64,000 nt of DNA from Giardia intestinalis (lineage: Eukaryota), in NCBI GenBank assembly GCA_000002435.2, contig CM018791.1; one strand, given 5' to 3'. Made by a program: the position numbers and the translations under genes. Positions 41,097 through 51,000 of this stretch are shown here, one piece after another. The notes under the pieces are model-generated. The model did not search any database. It had not been told where the DNA came from and saw nothing but the letters and a program-made list of their open reading frames with translations. Each line of letters begins with the position of its first letter. Positions within the stretch are counted from its first letter, which is position 1.

Positions 41097-44000
41097 ATGG
41101 TTCAAATCTTATCGACTCCTTGTAAAAGTTACAAAAAAGAAGGAGTCCGCGCTATGAATTTCTCCGTTAGTACCAAGAAAGAGTGGTTTGCAAGTATCCT
41201 CGCGCATCGCTATGAGACTGTGCGCGCTTCCATGAAGAAGTTCAGCAAGTCCACAGACGTGGATGGGGAAACTGGGCTCATGTTGGCCACTCGCAACAGC
41301 GATATGGAAATGATCCGGATTCTCATGCCCGTTGAGGCGAAGCTCACCAATAAGGATGGGCTGACCGCATTAATGATTGCTGCGATGCTTGATAACAAGG
41401 ATACGTGTGAAGTCCTTGCAAAGGTGGAGAGTGACGTCATCCTCAAGGATGGCCAGAATGCACTTATGATCGCGGCTGCTAATGGCTCTCTTTCCGCTAC
41501 CAAAATGCTCCTGCGCCACATACAGTACGTTACAGACGATCTGGGGTGGACGGCTCTTGACCACGCAGCAAACGGAGGACATCTCAAGTGCGTGCAACTG
41601 CTTGTTGCAGAAGTCCCGTCCCTTACTGTTAGCGACTTCGAGAACGCTATCTCTGTGGCCTATGACAAGGGCCATTCGCATGTCGTCGATTACCTAGCGT
41701 CTATGATTTACCAGGCAGAAAAGGACACATATGGTGATGATAGTATGACTACTGGCAGCCCGTCCGGACAGACAAGGTCGCGCTCTTCCAGCAAAAGTCA
41801 CAAGAAGAACTCGCTAGAACAAGAAAATAAATCGCTCAAACAGATGAATGCCAAGCTGAATGAAGAGGTCGAAAGGCTGCGAGCTACAGACAAGCGGCGG
41901 CTACGCGAAACACCAAACGATGCTGAGCTGGAGGCAAGAATTCAGGAACTGGAGCGCGAAAACGATATGCTGCGCCAGACAATCCAAAAGAGAGACACTG
42001 GCAATAGCTCTAAGCATGGCGACAACTTGGACGCTAAGTATGACGATCTTTGGCATCAGAAAGAGAAGCTTGAGCAGGAGCTAGAGCACACTCGCAGAAA
42101 TCTGGAGGAGGCAAAGTCAGCTTACAATCGTGTCGATGATACGGAGGTCACGGCCCTCCGAGCTGAGCTGATAGAAGCTAGGGAAATTCAGGAGCAGCGA
42201 ACGCAGACGATCTCAACACTAAACAGGCAGATCGATGACATGCGAAGAGAGCTAGATTATTTGCGTGGAGACAACAAAGCCACGCGTGGAGATGCAGAGA
42301 ACATGGCCACCAGCGCGTCCCAGTTGGCAGGAGAGCTTCAGGACGCTCGTCATGAAATAGACAGACTGAATACCACAATCACCGAGCTCAGACAAGCTGG
42401 GAATCGCAATCCATACGATTCGAATATGGCTGTCCTTCAGCAAGGCCACGCCCAGATGCAGGACATTCAGGCCGAGAACAGAGCGCTGAAGCAGGAGCTT
42501 GACTACTATAGAAACATGCAAGCCAATCAGCCACCGTATCCTGGCTTGGCAGCACAGTCCTCGATGACACACTCTTTTAGGGACTACACTTCACAAGAAA
42601 AGGTAGACCTTAACGGCCCACATGTAATAAGATCAAAGCAGGATCCAGAGAGGGAGCGGACGCTCGACCTACTTCGGTTAGAAAATGCAGATCTGCGTGA
42701 GGTCATAAGGATGCGCGTGAACCCTGTAGCCTTAGACACTGACCCAGAGTCCATTGATGGGAAAATACTTCGGTTAGATAAGCTTAGGGTCGAGAATGAT
42801 CTTCTTAGGCACGAAATCCTGCTTAAGCACTCAATTCTTACCCTCAACATGGAGAAGGATCTTCAGACCATCCGAGCAGAAAATGTTCTTCTGCGCGACG
42901 CGCTTCGGTCCCGCACCTCTACATATGTCCCTCAGGATCTTATTGACCAACTCACTCGACAGAATGACATTATTGCAGCGGAGAACATAGAATATAGGCG
43001 TGCCATTGGCCAAGCAGCTTCTGTGCACCAGCCGTCATACCAAGACGGATATTCGCCTACTCTCAACCCCACTCTGCATGGAAATGGCGGATCCATACCA
43101 CCAGCAGTTATCCAGGAGATAGAGTCTCTGCGGCAGGAGAATCAGACACTCAAGCATCAACTGGCGACTGCACAGCTTGCCCCTTCGGTAGAAACTTTAC
43201 ATAGCACGCAACTTGTACAGCCCAACCACCCACCACTTGAGCTTCAGCGCGAGCTGGATAGACTCACAAATGAGAATATCGATTTGCGCTCCACAATTCA
43301 TCGTCTTCAGAGCAATCAGAATCAACCCCTTGGTAACTCAGTGTCAGACGCAACAGAGATCAGCATGCTGCGCTCAGAAAATGCTAGCCTCAGAGAGGCC
43401 ATGCGCACTCAGGTGCATGACACTAGCACAGGACTGCTTCACAGCCTCACTACAGAGATTGAGACGTTAAAGCAGGAAAACATTATGCTCAAGAATGCCC
43501 TTCATAACCAGCCACCTCCACCACAGCCCCAATCTGTCATCACTAATGTTGTTCCTCCGGAGACCACCTACGAGCTTGAAAGACTCAGAAACGAAAATGT
43601 GACACTCAAAGTTGAGCTAGATAAAACGCGCGCTAGCCTAATGACAGAGATAAACTCCCGTACTATGCAGAGCCAGGCCTCCTCCCAGCATCTTTTAACC
43701 GAGCTGGACACATACAAAGCGCAGATTCAGCGTCTTGAGCGCGAGAATGAACTACTCAGGTCCCTTCCACCTCAAAACATGGGCATGATGGGGACAAACG
43801 GGCCCATGCAAATCGTTATTCCAGGCCTTACACCAAATCGCGAGAACGTTAAGCGGGACGCTGATGGAAACACCAACCTTATCCGTGCTGTTAAAAATAA
43901 CAACATGGACCTTGTTCGCCGATTCTGGCCTGTCGAAGCTGGAGTCCAAAATAACAGAGGCGAATCTGCTCTGATGACCGCAATAGAAATGAACAACACA

Positions 44001-45470
44001 GACGCAGCCCTAATGCTTGTTGAAAGGGAGTCCGGGCTTCAGGATGCGACGGGCCGCTCGGCGCTCATGTGTGCCGCTGAACGGGATAATTACGAGGTTG
44101 CAGTCGAGCTTGCGCAACATGAGCAGGGCTTGAAAATGCCAGATGGTACAACTGCACTCATGATAGCAGCATCCAAGAACCATGTGCGGATCTGCAAGCT
44201 ACTTTCGGAGCAAGAGGGTCAGATGCGGAACACAGAGGGCAACACGGCTCTGCACATTGCTGCAAATCTTGATCACGCAGAAGCATGCGCAGTACTTGTG
44301 GAGCATGCAGGGCTCATTAAGGACAAGGCGGGCCATCTTGCCCTTCACAATGCGTGCATCAGAGGGAATAAGAACGCAGCCCGCGCTCTCTATCGCAAAG
44401 AGAATGGCTTCCATCAGTTTGATGGTTGGACTCCGTTGATGGGTGCAGCGGCCATTGATGACATGACAGAGCTTCGGTTCTATCTTGAGAACTACGTCGG
44501 AATGAAGGACAAGGATGGCATGACTGCGCTCATGTATGCTGCGGTTTGCAACAATCCCAATGCCATTCTGCAGCTCTTGGAGAGGGAATCAGGAATGCGC
44601 ACTAACAAGGGCTACACCGCGCTCATGCTTGCAGCTGAGAAAAATAACGTCAATGCGGTGCAGGTCCTCATGCCCAAGGAGGCTACAATTATGAACAACG
44701 AACGGGAAACGGCCCTGATGATCGCATCTCGGGCAGGTGCCACAGAGTCTGCACGCATCCTGGTGCCCACAGAGGGTGGCATCCGCATGCTGGATGGAAC
44801 GTCCGCACTTAGACTCGCGCTCGATTACAACAACCAAGAACTAGCCCGGTTCTTAGCAGAGCGAGAAGGGATTGCTGTGGGCCAACTCACGCGTGACTTC
44901 CACGGCCGAACAGATCTCATGCGCGCCGCAGAAGAGGGAGACGCCGTATCGGTTTACTGTCTGTTGCCAAGTCAGGGCGGACTTGTTGATGTCGACGGGA
45001 AGACGGCGCTCATGTACGCCTGCGAGCGTGGGCATGTTCAGTGTGCAAGGCTGCTCAAGGAGAAGGAAGCAAGGATGCGCCGGACGATGCGCGACTCATG
45101 GGAGGGTCAGACGGCGCTTATGTTTGCAGCGCAGGCAGGAAGTGTGGAGATCGTAGACCTGCTAATCGACGTTGAGGGAGGCTGCTCTTGCGCCAACGGA
45201 TGGACTGCTCTGATGAGCGCAGCCAGATTCAACAAGGTGGCATGTGTTGAGGCGCTCCTGGACCGCGAGGCGCGCATGCAGACAAATGAGCGGTTCGCTG
45301 CTGGGGCAGGATACACGGCCCTTATGGCTGCCGCAGAATGGTCGTTCATTAAGTGTGTGCGCGCACTGCTTCCTCGCGAGCATGATATCAGGCACTCCAG
45401 CGGAAAGACCGCGATAGACTTTGCGAAGACGAGCACCATCCTCGAGTGCATCAACAACTACCGTCCTTAG
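41097..45470 (+). CDS. Ankyrin, long coiled coil, ankyrin protein (1457 aa), Giardia 21.1-like
   Basis: TALM-type ankyrin repeats occur at both ends. The roughly 650-aa central coiled coil has more than 10 copies of L(R/K)xENxxL(R/K)xxL. The start is uncertain. ATG 41097 is in a GC-rich context. An in-frame ATG at 41153 has an A-rich tract (acaaaaaagaagg) upstream. Confidence 0.6.
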   Translation: MVQILSTPCKSYKKEGVRAMNFSVSTKKEWFASILAHRYETVRASMKKFSKSTDVDGETGLMLATRNSDMEMIRILMPVEAKLTNKDGLTALMIAAMLDNKDTCEVLAKVESDVILKDGQNALMIAAANGSLSATKMLLRHIQYVTDDLGWTALDHAANGGHLKCVQLLVAEVPSLTVSDFENAISVAYDKGHSHVVDYLASMIYQAEKDTYGDDSMTTGSPSGQTRSRSSSKSHKKNSLEQENKSLKQMNAKLNEEVERLRATDKRRLRETPNDAELEARIQELERENDMLRQTIQKRDTGNSSKHGDNLDAKYDDLWHQKEKLEQELEHTRRNLEEAKSAYNRVDDTEVTALRAELIEAREIQEQRTQTISTLNRQIDDMRRELDYLRGDNKATRGDAENMATSASQLAGELQDARHEIDRLNTTITELRQAGNRNPYDSNMAVLQQGHAQMQDIQAENRALKQELDYYRNMQANQPPYPGLAAQSSMTHSFRDYTSQEKVDLNGPHVIRSKQDPERERTLDLLRLENADLREVIRMRVNPVALDTDPESIDGKILRLDKLRVENDLLRHEILLKHSILTLNMEKDLQTIRAENVLLRDALRSRTSTYVPQDLIDQLTRQNDIIAAENIEYRRAIGQAASVHQPSYQDGYSPTLNPTLHGNGGSIPPAVIQEIESLRQENQTLKHQLATAQLAPSVETLHSTQLVQPNHPPLELQRELDRLTNENIDLRSTIHRLQSNQNQPLGNSVSDATEISMLRSENASLREAMRTQVHDTSTGLLHSLTTEIETLKQENIMLKNALHNQPPPPQPQSVITNVVPPETTYELERLRNENVTLKVELDKTRASLMTEINSRTMQSQASSQHLLTELDTYKAQIQRLERENELLRSLPPQNMGMMGTNGPMQIVIPGLTPNRENVKRDADGNTNLIRAVKNNNMDLVRRFWPVEAGVQNNRGESALMTAIEMNNTDAALMLVERESGLQDATGRSALMCAAERDNYEVAVELAQHEQGLKMPDGTTALMIAASKNHVRICKLLSEQEGQMRNTEGNTALHIAANLDHAEACAVLVEHAGLIKDKAGHLALHNACIRGNKNAARALYRKENGFHQFDGWTPLMGAAAIDDMTELRFYLENYVGMKDKDGMTALMYAAVCNNPNAILQLLERESGMRTNKGYTALMLAAEKNNVNAVQVLMPKEATIMNNERETALMIASRAGATESARILVPTEGGIRMLDGTSALRLALDYNNQELARFLAEREGIAVGQLTRDFHGRTDLMRAAEEGDAVSVYCLLPSQGGLVDVDGKTALMYACERGHVQCARLLKEKEARMRRTMRDSWEGQTALMFAAQAGSVEIVDLLIDVEGGCSCANGWTALMSAARFNKVACVEALLDREARMQTNERFAAGAGYTALMAAAEWSFIKCVRALLPREHDIRHSSGKTAIDFAKTSTILECINNYRP

Positions 45471-45542
45471 GGCAGAGGAGATGTAAACACACCGCACCAA
45501 AGCAATTTACTAGAGACGATCAGAAGAATAAGTCTAAGGTGG

Positions 45543-45953
45543 TTAGCAAACTCCGCACATGGCCAGCGAGCCGATTATGATGACGCAGATAGCACACACT
45601 ACAAGTACAACAAAAGCGACGTGAGTGAACCAGGTTTCTACTGGCATACTGGAGGACCAATTCTCATACCAAGGCTGCGCCAGGCCCCACCAAAGCATCA
45701 TGGCACCGCGGAAAAGGTGGTGGGCGATAAAGCCAGACCAGGAGTTCTCGATGAAGGAGTCCCCAAAGCCCGTCCCGAAATCAGAGATGAGAGTGATGAC
45801 CATCCAGAAGAGGAGGGCAAGCTGGTAGACGTGATTCCCGACATGGTCGGTGCCCAGCAGCATCTTAGTGAGCATACCAATGCCGCCTGCAGCAGCCCCA
45901 ACGACCGTGAACCACTTCGCAGTCTCACCCGCGCAACCGGACGCCTTAGTCAT
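45543..45953 (-). CDS. Small 4-TM membrane protein (136 aa), paralogue of the next gene
   Basis: Four hydrophobic helices by eye. ATG confirmed with a very AT-rich upstream (aaatttaaaaaatactg...ATG). Similar to the downstream 137-aa ORF (KWFTVVGAAAGG versus KWISVGSCTAGA; LALLFWMVITLISDFG versus LVLSMWLVLMGLADFS). Confidence 0.55.
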   Translation of the reverse strand: MTKASGCAGETAKWFTVVGAAAGGIGMLTKMLLGTDHVGNHVYQLALLFWMVITLISDFGTGFGDSFIENSWSGFIAHHLFRGAMMLWWGLAQPWYENWSSSMPVETWFTHVAFVVLVVCAICVIIIGSLAMCGVC

Positions 45954-46068
45954 TTTAAATTCCTCGCAACAGTATTTTTTAAATTTGTCCGCAAGCCGAT
46001 TTTCGCATTGCAGTCGCCGATCTCAGGCAACAAGCACGTTATAGATCGAGCATGGAGAGTGGGCGGAG

Positions 46069-46482
46069 TCAGGCGCAAAAGTGAAGAGCTATTCCCAAAA
46101 TCATGACCAAGGCTCCTCCCGTGAGTAAGATGATCCAAAGCACCTTTGTGAGAATGAAAAGTGTTGTAACAGATGCTAAAAGCTGCGTCCAGGTAGTGTA
46201 GCAAGGGAGCATAAGCGAGATTATGATCATACAAGCGCCCCGCTTTACGGGCATTCTTCCTGTCTCTGAGATATACTTAGCATTGAGCGTGTTTGCCGGC
46301 TCCAAACTGAAATCCGCAAGACCCATGAGGACAAGCCACATGGATAAGACTAAGTGTAGCAGAAAGTCGCCCACATATGAGCCCTGGAAAAGAAGAGACG
46401 CAGATGCAAGAGCCCCTGCTGTGCAGGAACCAACGCTGATCCACTTGATCACGCTTGAGAGGACATCTGTGCGATCAGCCAT
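46069..46482 (-). CDS. Small 4-TM membrane protein (137 aa from the internal ATG), tandem paralogue of 45543-45953
   Basis: The ORF-track N-terminal extension (to 46689) overlaps the divergent 491-aa gene. The ATG at 46480-46482 (cat on the plus strand) has an AT-rich upstream (attttaaagcagattttggg) and yields a protein the size of its paralogue. Confidence 0.5.
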   Translation of the reverse strand: MADRTDVLSSVIKWISVGSCTAGALASASLLFQGSYVGDFLLHLVLSMWLVLMGLADFSLEPANTLNAKYISETGRMPVKRGACMIIISLMLPCYTTWTQLLASVTTLFILTKVLWIILLTGGALVMILGIALHFCA

Positions 46483-46553
46483 TGAGCGGTGGCCCAAAAT
46501 CTGCTTTAAAATTACATCGAAGCTAGGCGAAAAGTCTGGACAGTCTGAGTGGC

Positions 46554-48029
46554 ATGACAAATGCGTACATGGGGGCGACAGACATAGAGAGCACCGCTCT
46601 GCAGGAGCGATGTTCAACTCTGCAGAAGGAAAACTATGAGTTGAGACAGCGGGTCTTTTCTCTTGAGAAGAAACTTGCAGACACGTCAAACAGCCTTAAA
46701 GATGAGTGTGCACGCGAGAGGGCCCGGTACAGAGCTCTAGAGGCGAAGATGGATGAATTTCAGCTTACAACAGAAAGGCATGCTACAAAGCGTGTTGAGG
46801 ACCTTATGCTTGAATGTAGGGATTTAAAGGCCAACTTATCACGAGAGCGGGACCGCACAAAAGCAATGGAGCAGGAGCTCGATGCCCTGTCCAGCTATGC
46901 CAGCGAACGGATCAACCTTTCTCGCCGCCTGGAAATAGCAGAGTCTCGAGTGTCAGACCTAGAAACTCTCCTCGATGTAGATCGAAAGCAGTTCCTTGCA
47001 GAGGCGGCAGAGCAGCGGGCAATGCTCGAAAGCAGGCACCGTGCAGAGGTCCAGGCTGCCGTTGAGGAAGCAATCCGGGCCACCAATGAGAACATTTCCA
47101 CCGAAACGCGCCTCCTCAGAGACCAGAACCAAATCTTGCAGAAGTCAGTTCTTATTTTGAAGGGTTCGGGCGGCAATACAGGTACGAGGCGGGTTCCCAC
47201 AATCAGCAGGATGGAGTCAGAGCTTCCTGGTACCAGCGTGAGCCGCTCACGAACGACCTCTCAGCTCTCCATGGCCAAGGCATCTGTCTCCGGGCATATA
47301 AACTGCGACGAAATAGAAAAGTTTGAAATGGACATCAGCAGAGGTTTAGAAATGAGGATAGGAGAACTCAAAATGACTGTCAAGCATCTTCAAGCAAAAC
47401 TCGAAGAGCAGGCGTCCGATTTTAAGCGGGAGAAAAACGAGGCTAGTGAGTTTATCGCCAATCTCATCTCGAAGTTCAACAAGGAACGTGCAGATCTCCT
47501 CTTCGAAATAAAGTCTCTCGAAAAGCTCGTCTATGCTAAGTGCAAAGAACTCTACAAGCTGCGGACTTTGGCGCAAATGCTTCTTCAGCGCAGGACTGAT
47601 CTGGAAGCGTTTTTATCTAAGCTCTTGGCTGCAACCCTCGACCTGGAGACGAGGGCTATCAGCCCCTACACGATGGCTGAGTACTTTGACGTTGAAATGG
47701 GCCGCCGGCGGTCCTGGTCGCCGTCTCCACCACCAGATTACCGATACACTAGCGGTGCCATCCCCCGAAGCATTTCCTCGGGTTCCGCTCCTGCAGCAGG
47801 AGCGGGGACTTGTCGGGAACTTGCCGCCATCATGACCCGGACTAACCTGAATTCAAACGAGGCTCTCTCCTCCATCACACCGAAGATGCCGCGCACCATG
47901 GCAGAAATGGAGCGCTCTCTAAATACTGCTATCCGAGTGCGCTCTGATCCACTGATAAATTCATTGAGTTCACAAGAGGTTGCTAATATTGTACGCGACT
48001 GGATTACGAAAATAGACATCCCCCTCTAG
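46554..48029 (+). CDS. Coiled-coil protein, 491 aa
   Basis: Heptad-rich throughout (LQKENYELRQRVFSLEKKL, LETLLDVDRKQFLAEAAEQ). An alternative in-frame ATG lies at 46569. The stop is 10 bp from the stop of the convergent 3147-aa gene. Confidence 0.55.
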   Translation: MTNAYMGATDIESTALQERCSTLQKENYELRQRVFSLEKKLADTSNSLKDECARERARYRALEAKMDEFQLTTERHATKRVEDLMLECRDLKANLSRERDRTKAMEQELDALSSYASERINLSRRLEIAESRVSDLETLLDVDRKQFLAEAAEQRAMLESRHRAEVQAAVEEAIRATNENISTETRLLRDQNQILQKSVLILKGSGGNTGTRRVPTISRMESELPGTSVSRSRTTSQLSMAKASVSGHINCDEIEKFEMDISRGLEMRIGELKMTVKHLQAKLEEQASDFKREKNEASEFIANLISKFNKERADLLFEIKSLEKLVYAKCKELYKLRTLAQMLLQRRTDLEAFLSKLLAATLDLETRAISPYTMAEYFDVEMGRRRSWSPSPPPDYRYTSGAIPRSISSGSAPAAGAGTCRELAAIMTRTNLNSNEALSSITPKMPRTMAEMERSLNTAIRVRSDPLINSLSSQEVANIVRDWITKIDIPL

Positions 48030-48039
48030 CCCCATTCAC

Positions 48040-51000
48040 CTAGCTGTACCATCTGAATGTCTCTCTTTGATACCCTACAATTGCGCCATCTACCACAGCC
48101 AAAGAGTCGGCTAGTATCTCAGTCTCACAGACCTTCCTTATGTGTTCTGAAACGTCAGAATCGAGGGAGTATACGAGCTGCTTATTCACGAGCATGTACC
48201 CTGCAAAGCCATCGTCGTACCCCCCGAAGAAGGCAATGTGCTGTACAGGCGCTGGGACACTCAGTGCTTTTATGTGTATGTTTCCCAAGGTGTACAGGTA
48301 TATGTAATATTGGAGCGTCCTTTCCGAGTCCACTGTTGTGTCGTCATTTAGGACAGAGAGACCAACAGCAATGAGCCCTTGCCGCTCATGCACTGCGCAG
48401 TAAGTGATTGCTAGCTTTTCTTCATATGAGATTCTAAATTTGGCTAAGAGGTAGGGAGAGTCTGTTTCTCGTGAACCATAGGATACAGTCCGATGCAGTG
48501 AATTATATTCCAGGACATGAAGAACATGGGGCGAGTAGTAGCAAACCAGTGAGAGCTCGGGAACGTGGAGAAAACTTGACATGGCCAGTCGGCTGTAGTA
48601 TCCTACATCGAGGGGACAATGCTGAATGATAAATAATTGTGGCTGTGCATCAGTAGACAGGTTGCGGATATTGGCCAATATGATCCCCTGGTCGGTGTAT
48701 AAGTGGAGGACATACCCATAGAAGGGCATGTACCCTGCACTGTCGATCTTAGTTATAATGGCATTTTTGCTTGTAGAGCACCGTCTACCGAGTGTGCTGG
48801 CCAGCTTGAATGTAGTGATGTGCATTCCTATGGTCTTGCCTTGCTTAGCTAGCTGAGCCACGGGGATGTTTGTCAATAACCGTGGCTGCGAGCCAGAAGC
48901 ACGTGAGAATCCTAGAATAACGATCTGCCCTGGAGGTGGGTGTTGTGCTCCTGATAGCAATTGATCTGGAGTGTTGAGGCTTCCTGACTCTTGTTCACGC
49001 CCAAGGTTACCACCGGTGAAGACGGAGGAAAGCCCTCCGGACCCTCCTTTTGGAGCTACGTGGAAGGAGTCCAAGAATACCTTAGACAGCTCGAATACGC
49101 TGATCTCTTGGCGATTAATATCAAAGTAGAGCATGTAGGTATCTATGACAATGCAGTCTTTGGTGGTCCAAAGCAATCCATTTATGTGATTTGCCAGAGT
49201 AACGTGTCGTCCTGCAACACAGAGCGCTGGCTGGTTAAAGTGCCGAAATATTAGATCGCACTTTTCAGTTACACTTTGCACAGACCCTGGTGTCAACTGT
49301 TCAAAAGGAACCGTATGCAGATATCTTCTTATATCAACGCTGTGCGTTAGAACTAGCTCTTCGGCCATCTTTGTGGGCTTGTGCACGTTATCCATCAGCG
49401 CCAGCAACTTGGAAAGCTCGTCTTGATGCAATCGTATAGGATAGGTCCCAAAGTAAAGACTCGTAGCGATGCTTGCCTCACCTGGAGAATACTCCGCAGT
49501 GCCACTGGGAAAGAGATTCAGTGCATCCAGAGATTGCTGCTTAGATCCAAATAGTAACTCAATCCACGACCGGAGCCCTCCCTGGTCTGCTTGATTGGAG
49601 AAGATTGTAGATTCTAGAGCAGTTCTCTGAGCATGCACTGTGTCGATCGCCTGCGAGGGTGTGGATTGCAAGGCTTCCGTTACAGTTTCGGCGTCAGAGG
49701 AAAGCTGCAATCCGTTAGTATTTGTAAAAATATACGGAGTATAGAAGAGTTCCGGAATGGCCTCGTGGAATGAGCTGCCCAGCTCCACTTTCTCCCAGTG
49801 AGATCGCAGGCTAATGAAAAGTCGTGAGAAGGCATCCAAACACCCACCTTGGAGATTGCGTTGTAACGACGTAAAGGGCTCCACACAAAAACAATAATAA
49901 GGAAGAGTCATGTTGTTACTTATGAACGTTCTGAAGAGGGGGCTTGCCGAAAGTAACTTCATGGCGGAGGGAGACAGATTGGCTCTTTCAAGGCCTTTTC
50001 TAAAGAAAGAAATGGCGTCTTCACTGCTCGCTGTAGCAGCCTTCTCCAGTGTCTGCATGCTTTGCTTAAGGATGTCGTTAAGGAAAGCAGTTGCAGCCAT
50101 CTTGTCCTGAAGAGATGTGCTTTGCAGCTCACCAAGGGACATCTCTGCATACTTGGCGATGCTCTTACAGAGGGAGGTGTTGCTCTGTGCAGGCAGCGGA
50201 TACCTTAGATTTCGCGGCTTAGCAGATTTTCGTGGAGACAATGCTGGGAAAATGGGGTATATGTAAGATACAACAGGGGAACGCGCTGCGATCATGTTCA
50301 TTGCCGAGAGCAATGTGAATACAGAGAACTGGATCATTGTCAGAGAAATGGTATTGTTAGCCATCAAGAGAGAGATACGGCGACCCAAGATCAGCCGTAG
50401 CTGTCCAAGGAGCTCTGCCTGGAAAGTAGACACAATGGTCTCGAAGTCCAAGAGAACACCCTTCTTCTTATAAGGGGACTTGGAATAGTAGTAGCAGGTG
50501 CCATAAGCGCTTCCACTACCAGATTCTCCGCACCCGAACCGACGGTAATAACCGTAATTGTGAATCAGCTTAACTGCATGCTCTTGCGTTTTGAAGAGTA
50601 GGACATGCACAGCCCCATTAGATTCGATTATCTGCAAGGCAGGTTGCATTCGAATAAAGAAGAACGGAACCATGTATAGGATTCGCGAATACTCAATGGA
50701 CAGTTCAACCTCCTTATACTTATGGTAGGCCCTATTCTGAGTAGACATACAATAGTCGTAGAGCCCATACGATATCCGCCGGCCAAAGCTGTCCTGCTTC
50801 CTAGAAAAGCTATTTTCTAGATGGATGCTTCGAGGGTTATCCTTTGTGCACAAGAGACGCCTCAGAATAGAGAACGACTCTGCTTCTTGATGCTCCTTAA
50901 TAGCAGAGTTTGCGGGTTCATCTGCAGCTTGAAGTGCTCCAGTGGAGTCGTCTGCATCGCTCTCTGATCGCTGGTCAAATCGCGCCCAATTGAATAGAAA

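Noticed and set aside
41097-41110. The sequence GGTTCAAATC at the start of the 1457-aa gene resembles a tRNA T-loop.
   Set aside because: The flanking sequence cannot form a T-stem or acceptor stem. It is simply the codons ATG GTT CAA ATC.
46483-46689. N-terminal 69-aa extension of the second 4-TM ORF, which would overlap the 491-aa gene.
   Set aside because: The extension is Cys/Ser/Pro-rich and non-membrane. Using the internal ATG at 46482, which has an AT-rich context, makes the protein match its 136-aa paralogue and removes the overlap.
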